A stretch of DNA of 64,000 nucleotides, from positions 10,398 through 74,397 of IMG/VR virus record IMGVR_UViG_3300021197_001350. One strand, written 5' to 3'. Each line of letters opens with the position of its first letter. The stretch's first letter is position 1. Positions 39,346-46,889 of this stretch are shown here, one piece after another. Position numbers and translations under genes: made by a program. This DNA is from a virus. The notes under the pieces are model-generated. The model saw nothing but the letters and a program-made list of their open reading frames with translations, did no database searches and was not told where the DNA came from.

Positions 39346-40635
39346 ATGATTGGATCTAATTTAAGCGAGAATGATTATGAAAGCGGAGTCCTCAGCTCAT
39401 GCCTGAGAGACATACAATGGCCCACGGCTTATAGCCGAGCTTGTGACATAATATCCCCTGAGCATTTTGCAGATGCTAACAAGGGTAAAGTGTTTGAGGT
39501 GATGGGTAAGTTAACCGAGCCACCTGATGAATTTGTATTAGCTAATGAATCAGGAGTAGACATGATAGACATAATGGGTTGGTGCGAAAGGACAGAGACA
39601 TCAACTTATGTAGTCACCTTTGCCGAAGGAGTTATGAAGTGCTGGTCTAAAAGACAGGCAGAGCATATCGCTAGGGAAGTAATGGATAAGGTTTCCAACC
39701 AAGAGGATCCCAACGAGATCCTCTCTAACGCAAGTAAAAGAATTACGGATGCCCTTGGGTCTCATAGCAATGAGATTAAAGAAGTGCATGATGGCATAGA
39801 TGAAACCCTACAGAATTGTTATGACCTTGATGAGGGTAAGGTGGAGCCAGGAATAAACACAGGGTTGCCTGACTTAGATAAGGTCTTAGGTGGTTTCAAG
39901 GTGGGAGAGTTTGCAACTATAGCCGCCCGACCCTCACATGGTAAGACGGCATTGGCATTATCCATAGCGGCTAATATAGCATCCACTGGCAAGAAGGTTT
40001 TATTCTGTAGCCTTGAGATGACAACTGAACAGCTGAGAAAAAGATTAATGCACGCTGAGGCACGAGTACCTATTATCAATAGACCCAATCACTACAATGG
40101 TGAAGACAGGCATAAGCTTGAAGATGCGGTTGGTAGGATTAAGGGTTGGAGCCTAAAGGTGGATCAGACTTGTGGAGTCACAGTACCTTATCTCCTTTCA
40201 AAAGCAATGGCTGAGAAAACACGGAACGGACTTGATATACTATTCATTGATTACATTGGTATAATGAATGGGCCAGGCAAGGATATATACGAGAGGGTAT
40301 CAGGGATATCCCGTGGCATTCAGCAAATAGCAAAGAAGGTTGAGATACCTGTGGTTGCATTATCCCAACAGAACAGGGATTCCGAAAAGGACAACAATGC
40401 AAAGATGAGTCACCTTAGAGACTCAGGTAGTGTAGAGCAGGATGCCGATCAGGTGATCATGCTTAGGCGTTCTAAGGATATGGGCGATAAGCCTTTTGAA
40501 CCCGTAGAGATAATGGAAGTGACCATCGCCAAGAATCGGAATGGTTGCACAGGTAAAATACCCTTGACATTTTGTAGAAGCTTTGCACGATATGAAAGCA
40601 CAGCGAAAGAAAACAGCGAACCCAGATTAAACTAA
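39346..40635 (+). CDS. dnaB: Replicative DNA helicase
   Basis: AARPSHGKT, SLEM, IDYI, LSQQNR, LRDSGSVEQDAD, KNRNG. Confidence 0.97.
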   Translation: MIGSNLSENDYESGVLSSCLRDIQWPTAYSRACDIISPEHFADANKGKVFEVMGKLTEPPDEFVLANESGVDMIDIMGWCERTETSTYVVTFAEGVMKCWSKRQAEHIAREVMDKVSNQEDPNEILSNASKRITDALGSHSNEIKEVHDGIDETLQNCYDLDEGKVEPGINTGLPDLDKVLGGFKVGEFATIAARPSHGKTALALSIAANIASTGKKVLFCSLEMTTEQLRKRLMHAEARVPIINRPNHYNGEDRHKLEDAVGRIKGWSLKVDQTCGVTVPYLLSKAMAEKTRNGLDILFIDYIGIMNGPGKDIYERVSGISRGIQQIAKKVEIPVVALSQQNRDSEKDNNAKMSHLRDSGSVEQDADQVIMLRRSKDMGDKPFEPVEIMEVTIAKNRNGCTGKIPLTFCRSFARYESTAKENSEPRLN

Positions 40636-40636
40636 T

Positions 40637-40876
40637 ATGGAAAGAAAAAACAATACCGCCGCTCTCTTCAAAGAAGAAGAGAAGAAAAACGAAAATGGCC
40701 CCGACTACACAGGGATGGGTCTTATAGAAGGAAAAGAACTTCGACTTGCAGCTTGGATCAATGAAGCTAAATCTACTGGGAAGAAATATCTTAGTATAGC
40801 TTTCTCTGAACCAATGGAAAAAAAGGCTCAAGAACCTAAGTCATCAAAGGAGGATGATGACGACATTCCTTTCTAA
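40637..40876 (+). CDS. Small ssDNA-binding-like protein (DUF736-like)
   Basis: PDYTG, LAAW, KYLS and acidic DDDDIPF tail. Confidence 0.7.
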   Translation: MERKNNTAALFKEEEKKNENGPDYTGMGLIEGKELRLAAWINEAKSTGKKYLSIAFSEPMEKKAQEPKSSKEDDDDIPF

Positions 40877-40901
40877 TACCAATTAGATTCCATAACATTA
40901 G

Positions 40902-40935
40902 GGAGTAGGTGCGGGATACACCTGCTCCTTTTTTA
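40902..40935 (+). terminator. Rho-independent terminator
   Basis: GGAGTAGGTG-cgggata-CACCTGCTCC followed by a T-tract, between convergent genes. Confidence 0.85.
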
Positions 40936-41349
40936 TTTCTCAATAAATATATCCCAGTTATCTTTGTACTTCTCGTACTGACCTTTATTCCCCTGTGGGT
41001 ACAACCATACACACCTGCTTTTTATTTTTCCACATGGTATGATATACCAGATATCCCAACTAGCTATGTAGCACGCCAGGATATCTGCCTGCGAGCAGTC
41101 TATACTTTTCTTACTACTCCCTGAGGCTGCAGTTATTCTAAACCTAGCAGTTGTGTTATACCTGCGGTCGTAGACCTGAGTGTGGGTTCCTTTGATTTGA
41201 ACCTTATAGCAAACACCATCGGCGTACACGACAAGATCATGTGGCAAGTAATCTCCTATAGGCACATGGGGCTGTAACCCACGCCTTAGGGATTCTGCTA
41301 TGAAGAGCTGCTCGTAGAGGGTTCCTGCTTGCTTTGAGCTGAACTCCAT
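40933..41349 (-). CDS. PD-(D/E)XK endonuclease (group I intron-associated type)
   Basis: G..YE..F, PIGDYLPHDLVV, VQIK, ADILACY..WYIIP. Confidence 0.8.
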   Translation of the reverse strand: MEFSSKQAGTLYEQLFIAESLRRGLQPHVPIGDYLPHDLVVYADGVCYKVQIKGTHTQVYDRRYNTTARFRITAASGSSKKSIDCSQADILACYIASWDIWYIIPCGKIKSRCVWLYPQGNKGQYEKYKDNWDIFIEK

Positions 41350-41813
41350 GGCGTTAACGCCTCCTGAGGCAGTATATAGGCTTCGGGTGCGTCTTCTGAT
41401 AGTTTCCCTATGTTGACCTCTTTAAGGAAGTCCTCGGTCTTTATATAGCCCCTTAAGGTCATGTGTGGTGGATTACCTGTTACCAGCACATAGTAGTCAC
41501 TGTCCCTAGGTGAGGCTTTCAATCTAGCTACAAGCTTACCAGAGTGATAGCGAGTTGTTTTAACTTCAACTCTATTTCCCTGAGGTGACCTTAAATCAAA
41601 GCCGCCGCTGCGTGATCTTATACTAAGATCAGGGAAAACATTCATCACCTTAGCTACAGCTACCTCTCCAGCCATACCGACATACTCTACTTCAAAGTCA
41701 TCTTCTTCGGATATCTTCTGGTTGGGTACGCCGTCTTTTCTGGATATGGCAGTTCTTGCTTTGGCAACCTGCTTAATTAATTCGTCTTCTATTTCGTTTA
41801 ACTTTACTTTCAC
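41298..41813 (-). CDS. PD-(D/E)XK nuclease-fold protein
   Basis: GMAGEVAVAK...GFDL...VEVKTT. Confidence 0.65.
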   Translation of the reverse strand: MKVKLNEIEDELIKQVAKARTAISRKDGVPNQKISEEDDFEVEYVGMAGEVAVAKVMNVFPDLSIRSRSGGFDLRSPQGNRVEVKTTRYHSGKLVARLKASPRDSDYYVLVTGNPPHMTLRGYIKTEDFLKEVNIGKLSEDAPEAYILPQEALTPWSSAQSKQEPSTSSSS

Positions 41814-41833
41814 TTACTCTTTCGCTTATGGGT

Positions 41834-42007
41834 TTAACTCGCTTCCCCAAGTTTTTCAGGGGGCATATACTCTAATACACCAGATGGATCCCTACTAGTC
41901 AAGCGGATGAATACATCCAGCACCTCAAGTAGGTCACAAGTAGGTATAGAATCGTCAACAGATAACTCTATATCCTGTCCACCGCCCTCCCATTTTAAAG
42001 TAATCAT
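41834..42007 (-). CDS. Hypothetical 57-aa protein (not in track)
   Basis: MITLKWEGGGQDIELSVDD...; ATGA overlap with the upstream gene. Confidence 0.5.
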   Translation of the reverse strand: MITLKWEGGGQDIELSVDDSIPTCDLLEVLDVFIRLTSRDPSGVLEYMPPEKLGEAS

Positions 42008-42315
42008 TCCCATCCCAGGTTCTCAGTCTCCACTTTACCCCAGCATGAACCTTTTGTCATAGCAAGGAATGGTGTATAGCAACCGCAACCCATCTTTTTA
42101 TTCCATAATGGGCGGCACTGTCGTAGATCTTTATTATATATTGGGCATTTCATACAGGTACGCAATCGCGTACGCCATCTTTTCCTACCCACTCCTAGCA
42201 TAAAACCCTTATGCAGCATCTTAAATAGGGGGAGGATTCCATTTGCACCACCCTCAAGTTTGACGATGGCCCACCATTCTCGGAACCTAGAAGGCTTTAA
42301 GCCCAGTATCTTCAT
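42004..42315 (-). CDS. Cys-rich hypothetical protein
   Basis: RLRTCMKCP...C...GCGC; start placed at MKILG just after the promoter. Confidence 0.65.
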   Translation of the reverse strand: MKILGLKPSRFREWWAIVKLEGGANGILPLFKMLHKGFMLGVGRKRWRTRLRTCMKCPIYNKDLRQCRPLWNKKMGCGCYTPFLAMTKGSCWGKVETENLGWE

Positions 42316-42325
42316 GCTGTACGGC

Positions 42326-42354
42326 ATACTACCCTTAAAGTACATGAATGTCAA
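42326..42354 (-). promoter_or_regulatory. Sigma70-like leftward promoter
   Basis: TTGACA-N17-TAGTAT on the minus strand; gives a near-leaderless mRNA for ATG 42315. Confidence 0.65.
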
Positions 42355-42496
42355 GTATATACAAAGTAAAGCCACAAGGGGGTTAATATATTTCAGATTC
42401 TTGGAAACTAGAGAAACGGTATATATATACTGATATCACATCGCGTGCGTTCCCCCCTCCCCCCGCCCCCCAACTATACAAGTGCAGTTGTATAGC

Positions 42497-42536
42497 ATGA
42501 CAGCCGTAAACCCTTGAATGACAGCCAGTTGCTAGG
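42497..42536 (+). repeat. ATGACAGCC direct-repeat pair, copy 1
   Basis: ATGACAGCC at 42497 and 42518 (21-bp period), then AGTTGCTAGG. Confidence 0.85.
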
Positions 42537-42628
42537 TTGAATTTCGATTGTCGAATTTCACTGAGTCATTGGATGTCACCTCTCCAACCGCTCGGAACTA
42601 CACTCAGAGGTGAAGGAGGAAATGCAAA

Positions 42629-43033
42629 ATGCAAAACCCATTCGCAAACGATAACACCCATCCGCAAGAAAAGACCAACATCGCTCCTCTCCTTACAGGA
42701 GATAAGTTAATCACTCTGCTAGCAAAGCTAGCTGAGAAGGGATTGATGGAGTGGGACGCTGAGCGTAGCTTAGCAATGGTTGCAAAGCGTGTGTTAACAC
42801 AGACAGCAGGAAGCACTGAGGAAGCTCAAGGACTTCGTGGTTGGCTTTCAAGCCAAGGCTTCAGAGGTTCCCGTAGAAGCAGAAGCTTCTACCTTTCTCT
42901 CAGCGACTTGGAAAGTCGTGGCGTTACCATCACCGATGGTAAACCACAAGTTTGTGAACCAAAGGTTCAACAGGCTAAAGGTCGTAGCAAAGCTACACTG
43001 AACTTTTCCGACATCATGGGGCTTACTGAGTAA
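42629..43033 (+). CDS. Early hypothetical protein
   Basis: AAGGAGG SD; followed by a terminator. Confidence 0.8.
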   Translation: MQNPFANDNTHPQEKTNIAPLLTGDKLITLLAKLAEKGLMEWDAERSLAMVAKRVLTQTAGSTEEAQGLRGWLSSQGFRGSRRSRSFYLSLSDLESRGVTITDGKPQVCEPKVQQAKGRSKATLNFSDIMGLTE

Positions 43034-43044
43034 GCCTTGTGATT

Positions 43045-43084
43045 GGGGTAGCCCTTCGGGGCTACCCTACCTTTTTTTTCTTTT
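43045..43084 (+). terminator. Rho-independent terminator (cUUCGg)
   Basis: GGGTAGCCC-TTCG-GGGCTACCC then TACC and a T-tract. Confidence 0.85.
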
Positions 43085-43117
43085 CGTTCAACAACAACAA
43101 CATAGGAGGATATATAT

Positions 43118-43726
43118 ATGTCTATCGACACAGCAGTATCAGCAACATCAACAATACAAACACCATCCAATATGGATGATGCAGATTGGAGTCACTTTCG
43201 TAAGCTCGACAAGTTAGAGCTTGATTGGTCACCTCGTTCCATCTTGGATCATCTCAAGATTAGCCCTAACACTGTCCGTAGGATATTGGGCTACTCCGAG
43301 ACCAAGGTGGCTAATGCTGAAAGGCATCTTCGTTATAAGTCTTCAACTTATAAGCCACAACCTTGCAGTTATGTTGTCCGTCCCATAAGGGAGGATGAGA
43401 TAAATGGTGAGGATGTTAGGATGAAAGTGGTTGACTACTATGATGGTGACAGGGTTAAGCCTGGCTATAAGCCATCACCACTAAAGGTTGACCGAGGTGG
43501 TATAGGTTATGAGGATGCCTTCTACGAAGCAGTAGGTTTGGGAGGTGACAAACATAGATTTCCAATCGTTGATGTTGAACAGGGTAATGATGATGAAGTT
43601 GCCACTATGTCTTACGAACATAAGACAGGTGGTGCTATAAGCTTCGTCAAGAAAGCAGTAGCCAAGATGACTCGCCGTAGGAACTACGGAACTTGCTTGT
43701 CTACTATCAGTCCTTACAGATCGTAA
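43118..43726 (+). CDS. Early protein with HTH-like motif
   Basis: WSPRSILDHLKISPNTVRRIL; CAA-rich leader with AGGAGG. Confidence 0.7.
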   Translation: MSIDTAVSATSTIQTPSNMDDADWSHFRKLDKLELDWSPRSILDHLKISPNTVRRILGYSETKVANAERHLRYKSSTYKPQPCSYVVRPIREDEINGEDVRMKVVDYYDGDRVKPGYKPSPLKVDRGGIGYEDAFYEAVGLGGDKHRFPIVDVEQGNDDEVATMSYEHKTGGAISFVKKAVAKMTRRRNYGTCLSTISPYRS

Positions 43727-44207
43727 GGCTGAACCGACCCACTTGGGGGTCGTTAAACATACCAAGACACTTTTTCGGATGGTAGTATGGCTACTATGCT
43801 TCGCCAAAAGCATGGAGAAATCCAAGTTATGAGGTTAGGAAGATTGACCACGGCATCCATATGGATGACTAGGTTGGCTTACTCATGGTAACCCTATCTA
43901 TGGGGTTTGATACCGAGGCTGAGTCTCATGTCGTTGATTATTCAGTCGGGCTTTATATGCATAGATTATCCTGTAATACAGGGTGTCGGTCTCTCCTTCA
44001 TGAGAGGCATAGGAATCCCAAGTATAGATGAACGATCTATTGAGGCTTATCACCTTTCTATACTCCAAGATCAGGCATAGGGGATAACAGCATCGTGGTT
44101 TACCAGTCGGTGCTAAGGTGGGGATCATCGTATGGTGTGACCACCAAGAACGGGGACAACATTTATACGGAGGGTTGTCATGCAGTATGGCGGTAGGGGG
44201 CTATACT
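43727..44207 (+). ncRNA. Putative large structured ncRNA, module A (~480 nt)
   Basis: No credible ORF; more than 12 nested helices with G-U pairs on the plus strand (e.g. 43917-24/43940-47, 43908-14/43982-88, 44021-28/44057-64, 44184-91/44200-07). Confidence 0.6.
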
Positions 44208-44219
44208 AATATTTACTTT

Positions 44220-44344
44220 TGAACAACGATATACATCACGCTGCAGATGGTCACTATATCGGGGTCGGTTTGGTAAGAGCTTGGACTAGTGACGGCTAGT
44301 CTACATTACCTTAACTCTCGGTGTTAGAGAGGCTGACCTGTTCA
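44220..44344 (+). ncRNA. Putative structured ncRNA, module B (~125 nt)
   Basis: Closed by TGAACA/TGTTCA; internal CGATATA/TATATCG, GGTCGGT/GCTGACC, GGTAA/TTACC, GACTAGT/GCTAGTC, CTCT/AGAG; followed by a T-tract. Confidence 0.6.
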
Positions 44345-44374
44345 TACCTTTTTTTATTTACATTTTCAAAGAAA

Positions 44375-44413
44375 ATGACAGCCGAAAATTGGCGAATGAC
44401 AGCCAGTTGGTAG
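44375..44413 (+). repeat. ATGACAGCC direct-repeat pair, copy 2
   Basis: ATGACAGCC at 44375 and 44396 (21-bp period), then AGTTGGTAGG. Confidence 0.85.
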
Positions 44414-44500
44414 GGCGAGCAGTTGATTTGCTGTTTCACTTGTGTATTATATTTATAAAATCAATGGATGCTTCCGCATCCATGTGTTGGAGGAACTGCT

Positions 44501-44608
44501 ATGAAGATAAAGATACGGAAGCCTATATTGTTTACCAAGTCTAGACCATTCAAGGTTAAGGCTAAGGTGTTGCATCGTAAGATGAAATACAAGGAGAGGC
44601 TAGCTTGA
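44501..44608 (+). CDS. 35-aa highly basic peptide within the RNA array
   Basis: GGAGGA SD; MKIKIRKPILFTKSRPFKVKAKVLHRKMKYKERLA. Confidence 0.6.
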   Translation: MKIKIRKPILFTKSRPFKVKAKVLHRKMKYKERLA

Positions 44609-44643
44609 TAGGGCAAGCAAATAATCCCTAACAATTTACTTTT

Positions 44644-45039
44644 GATGGATTGATCATCCATCATGGGACGCTAGTAGAAGTCACAACCTTAGTGACACTA
44701 GCACTCATGTCCGAGTGATGCTCGGGGTCAACGGCTAAGTAGCTGAGGCTAGGTGAAGGACACCGATGTAGGGTAACGCCTACCATGAGGTACTGATCTG
44801 ACAATCCTATAAACTGAACTATAGGTATGTCTCCTGCAGGTGAGGGTTCACAGCCCAAGTCCTGTCATTGTCGCATAATAATGGACTTAGGAACATAGTG
44901 CGAACAAGGTCTGCAATGTTGCAGGTTCAACGAGCAAGTGCTTGAGAACGGGTTAAACACCTACCAAGTTGCGGAGATATCATGTCGTTAACTAAGGATC
45001 AGTTGGGAGAAGGCTGAAGAGTAATCTCCCCCCGACCAT
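44644..45039 (+). ncRNA. Putative large structured ncRNA, module C (~395 nt)
   Basis: GATGGAT/ATCCATC, GCTAGT/ACTAGC, GTAGG-GTAA-CGCCTAC, CCTATA/TATAGG, AAGTCC/GGACTT, CTGCAA/TTGCAG, long-range ACTGATCT/GGATCAGT, GGGAGA/TCTCCC. Confidence 0.6.
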
Positions 45040-45046
45040 TTTACTT

Positions 45047-45179
45047 TAGCCGTGTGGCAAGTTCGTTGTAAAAAGAACTAGAATGATGAGTTGGTAGAAC
45101 AGAACGCTCTGCAAGAAAATCTACCATGAAATAGTGCGAATCATAGGGTAACGACCTTGAGGCCAATCATCCACGGCTA
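45047..45179 (+). ncRNA. Putative structured RNA, module D (~133 nt)
   Basis: Closed by TAGCCGTG/CACGGCTA; internal AGTTC/GAACT, TGGTAGA/TCTACCA, AGG-GTAA-CGACCT. Confidence 0.6.
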
Positions 45180-45211
45180 TTCATTTTCACCAACAATAAC
45201 AAGGAGGAAAT

Positions 45212-45490
45212 ATGAATGACGATACATTAAGACAAGCGGTAAGAATGAAGCAAGGTATTGAATGCCTTAGCATAAGAGATCTCAACAAGTTAGTAGGTGC
45301 TTATATACTAGGCACTCAACCTAGCTATATTGTTAGGTCTGCTATCAGTGATGTCGCTAAAGAAGAGTTCGTCAAGGAGTATGGAAAGGCTCAGCTATCT
45401 TGGGTAGATAATGCCGAGCAATACTCCAAAGGTACGGAAGCCAACTTCATCCTGGAGTCAATGCATGGCGACAGGATAGAGCGTTTATAA
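45212..45490 (+). CDS. Early hypothetical protein
   Basis: AAGGAGG SD. Confidence 0.75.
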   Translation: MNDDTLRQAVRMKQGIECLSIRDLNKLVGAYILGTQPSYIVRSAISDVAKEEFVKEYGKAQLSWVDNAEQYSKGTEANFILESMHGDRIERL

Positions 45491-45498
45491 TACCCATA

Positions 45499-45529
45499 AG
45501 TCTGACGGGGCAGACTATAAACAACCCCG
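45499..45529 (+). promoter_or_regulatory. H-type pseudoknot in an intergenic leader
   Basis: S1 AGTCTG/CAGACT, L1 = A, S2 CGGGG/CCCCG, L3 ATAAACAA. Confidence 0.55.
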
Positions 45530-45571
45530 ACTATTTATTTCTAATCAACAATAACAAAACAAGGAGGATAT

Positions 45572-45943
45572 ATGTTAAAATCAAAACCATTCGCAGGGCT
45601 TAAGACAGGCAAGGATACAGAGGGTCAAACCTTTTTCAAGTTCGATGCCAACCATAAGCCTAAGCAGTTTAAGCCAAGGCGTAAGCGTAACAAACCAAGG
45701 TTTGCTTTCGTGCTTCAGGCTTTCGATGGTGAGAAATGGAAGGTGATCCGCAAAGATGGATTGCTTATTCACTCCAAGTCATGCAAGGAGGTACGGACTA
45801 AGGAGTTTGTTAAGTGTCTACAAGATGGAGGCTTTGTATCTCAGATGAAGATACAAGTATTCGGTAAGCGTAGCATAACTGACAAGGAATTCTTTTCAAC
45901 CCCCGTCAGATGGAGGAGTATCGATGCCGTATCAATCGTCTGA
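45572..45943 (+). CDS. Early basic hypothetical protein
   Basis: AAGGAGG SD; K/R-rich. Confidence 0.75.
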   Translation: MLKSKPFAGLKTGKDTEGQTFFKFDANHKPKQFKPRRKRNKPRFAFVLQAFDGEKWKVIRKDGLLIHSKSCKEVRTKEFVKCLQDGGFVSQMKIQVFGKRSITDKEFFSTPVRWRSIDAVSIV

Positions 45944-45956
45944 AACAAACAAACAA

Positions 45957-45986
45957 GGCAGGGGGGAGGTATACTTCCCTCCTGCC
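45957..45986 (+). terminator. Strong hairpin (terminator or stabiliser)
   Basis: GGCAGGGGGGAGG...CTTCCCTCCTGCC; weak U-tract. Confidence 0.5.
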
Positions 45987-46021
45987 CACTTTAAACTAAC
46001 ACCAAGAGAAAGGATAATATT

Positions 46022-46288
46022 ATGGATGATAGCAGGCTCACCAGTGCAGAAGAAAAAGCATTAGATATTATGCTCACAGCAGAGCGTAACTTTTATATGC
46101 AGTTCATTAAGAGTAAGAGTGGTGCATTCTGCAACACGGAGTATGAACTTGATGGCGAGTATATCAATGTGAAGATAACACATGGTGTACAGAATGATGC
46201 GGAAGACACGAAGGATGTAGTCTGTGATAGGTTAGTGCGATCCACAATGAAGTGGGATAATGAAAACGGAGAACAAGGAGGATATTAA
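46022..46288 (+). CDS. Hypothetical protein
   Basis: AAGGA SD, operon position. Confidence 0.7.
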   Translation: MDDSRLTSAEEKALDIMLTAERNFYMQFIKSKSGAFCNTEYELDGEYINVKITHGVQNDAEDTKDVVCDRLVRSTMKWDNENGEQGGY

Positions 46289-46289
46289 T

Positions 46290-46370
46290 ATGAGTATCGA
46301 TGGATTGATTGTCTATGGTTGCTTTGCAATCGGATGGCTAGCAGTGGTCATTGATATGTTTACACAATGA
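46290..46370 (+). CDS. 26-aa membrane peptide
   Basis: AAGGAGG SD; MSIDGLIVYGCFAIGWLAVVIDMFTQ; ATGA overlap with next gene. Confidence 0.55.
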   Translation: MSIDGLIVYGCFAIGWLAVVIDMFTQ

Positions 46371-46636
46371 AACTACATAGAGATTTAAGTAAGGACGAAG
46401 AGCCAGAGTTCAGGCAATGGGCAAGGGACAACTTCAAGTTCTTTAATACGAACGATTACAAGAAGCATATCGGTTCAACATGGCATCCTGCAGTGCAGGA
46501 TGAGTGTGAAAAGATGAGGCTTGAGTACAAGATGGGACTGAAGATGCGACTAGCAGGTGTACCATCTAAGGATGTTGAGTCACATATTCGTGCCATGAGG
46601 CAGGGATACGAGGTAATGAATAACACTATAGTATAA
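46367..46636 (+). CDS. Hypothetical protein
   Basis: EFRQWARDN...WHPAVQDEC; translationally coupled. Confidence 0.75.
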   Translation: MKLHRDLSKDEEPEFRQWARDNFKFFNTNDYKKHIGSTWHPAVQDECEKMRLEYKMGLKMRLAGVPSKDVESHIRAMRQGYEVMNNTIV

Positions 46637-46887
46637 TGGAATTAAGTTTTAATAACAACATGACACCAGGGCAGAACTTTCTGCGTATGGCTGTCGAATT
46701 ACAGGAGGAAAAGAAAGTGGAGAGACGATATACAAATCTGCTACTCGATCTAGTTCAAGATGGCTCACTAGATAAGGATCATGTCATCAATGCATTCATT
46801 AAGTATATGTCAGAGGATGATGTGCAGGACATGATGGAGTATAACGAATTCATTGAGCCTGATCAACTAGATAAGGAGGTAGAATAG
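46636..46887 (+). CDS. Hypothetical protein
   Basis: TAATG coupling. Confidence 0.7.
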   Translation: MELSFNNNMTPGQNFLRMAVELQEEKKVERRYTNLLLDLVQDGSLDKDHVINAFIKYMSEDDVQDMMEYNEFIEPDQLDKEVE

Positions 46888-46889
46888 AT

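Noticed and set aside
43898-44858. Minus-strand ORFs 43898-44128, 44461-44664 and 44661-44858
   Set aside because: They are antisense to the early region, have no SD and show non-protein-like composition
44644-45039. RNase P RNA, tmRNA, tRNA or group I/II intron identity for module C
   Set aside because: No GAGGAAAGUCC/P4 pair, no tRNA-like ends or TTCGA arm, no intron core or domain V recognised
45083-45135. Hammerhead-like core (ATGATGAG...stem...TGAAA)
   Set aside because: It lacks the C of CUGAUGA and has no stem I/III with an NUH cleavage site
42497-45190. CRISPR array
   Set aside because: Repeats are only 9-12 nt and lack regular repeat-spacer periodicity; the Cas4-like gene is an ordinary phage exonuclease
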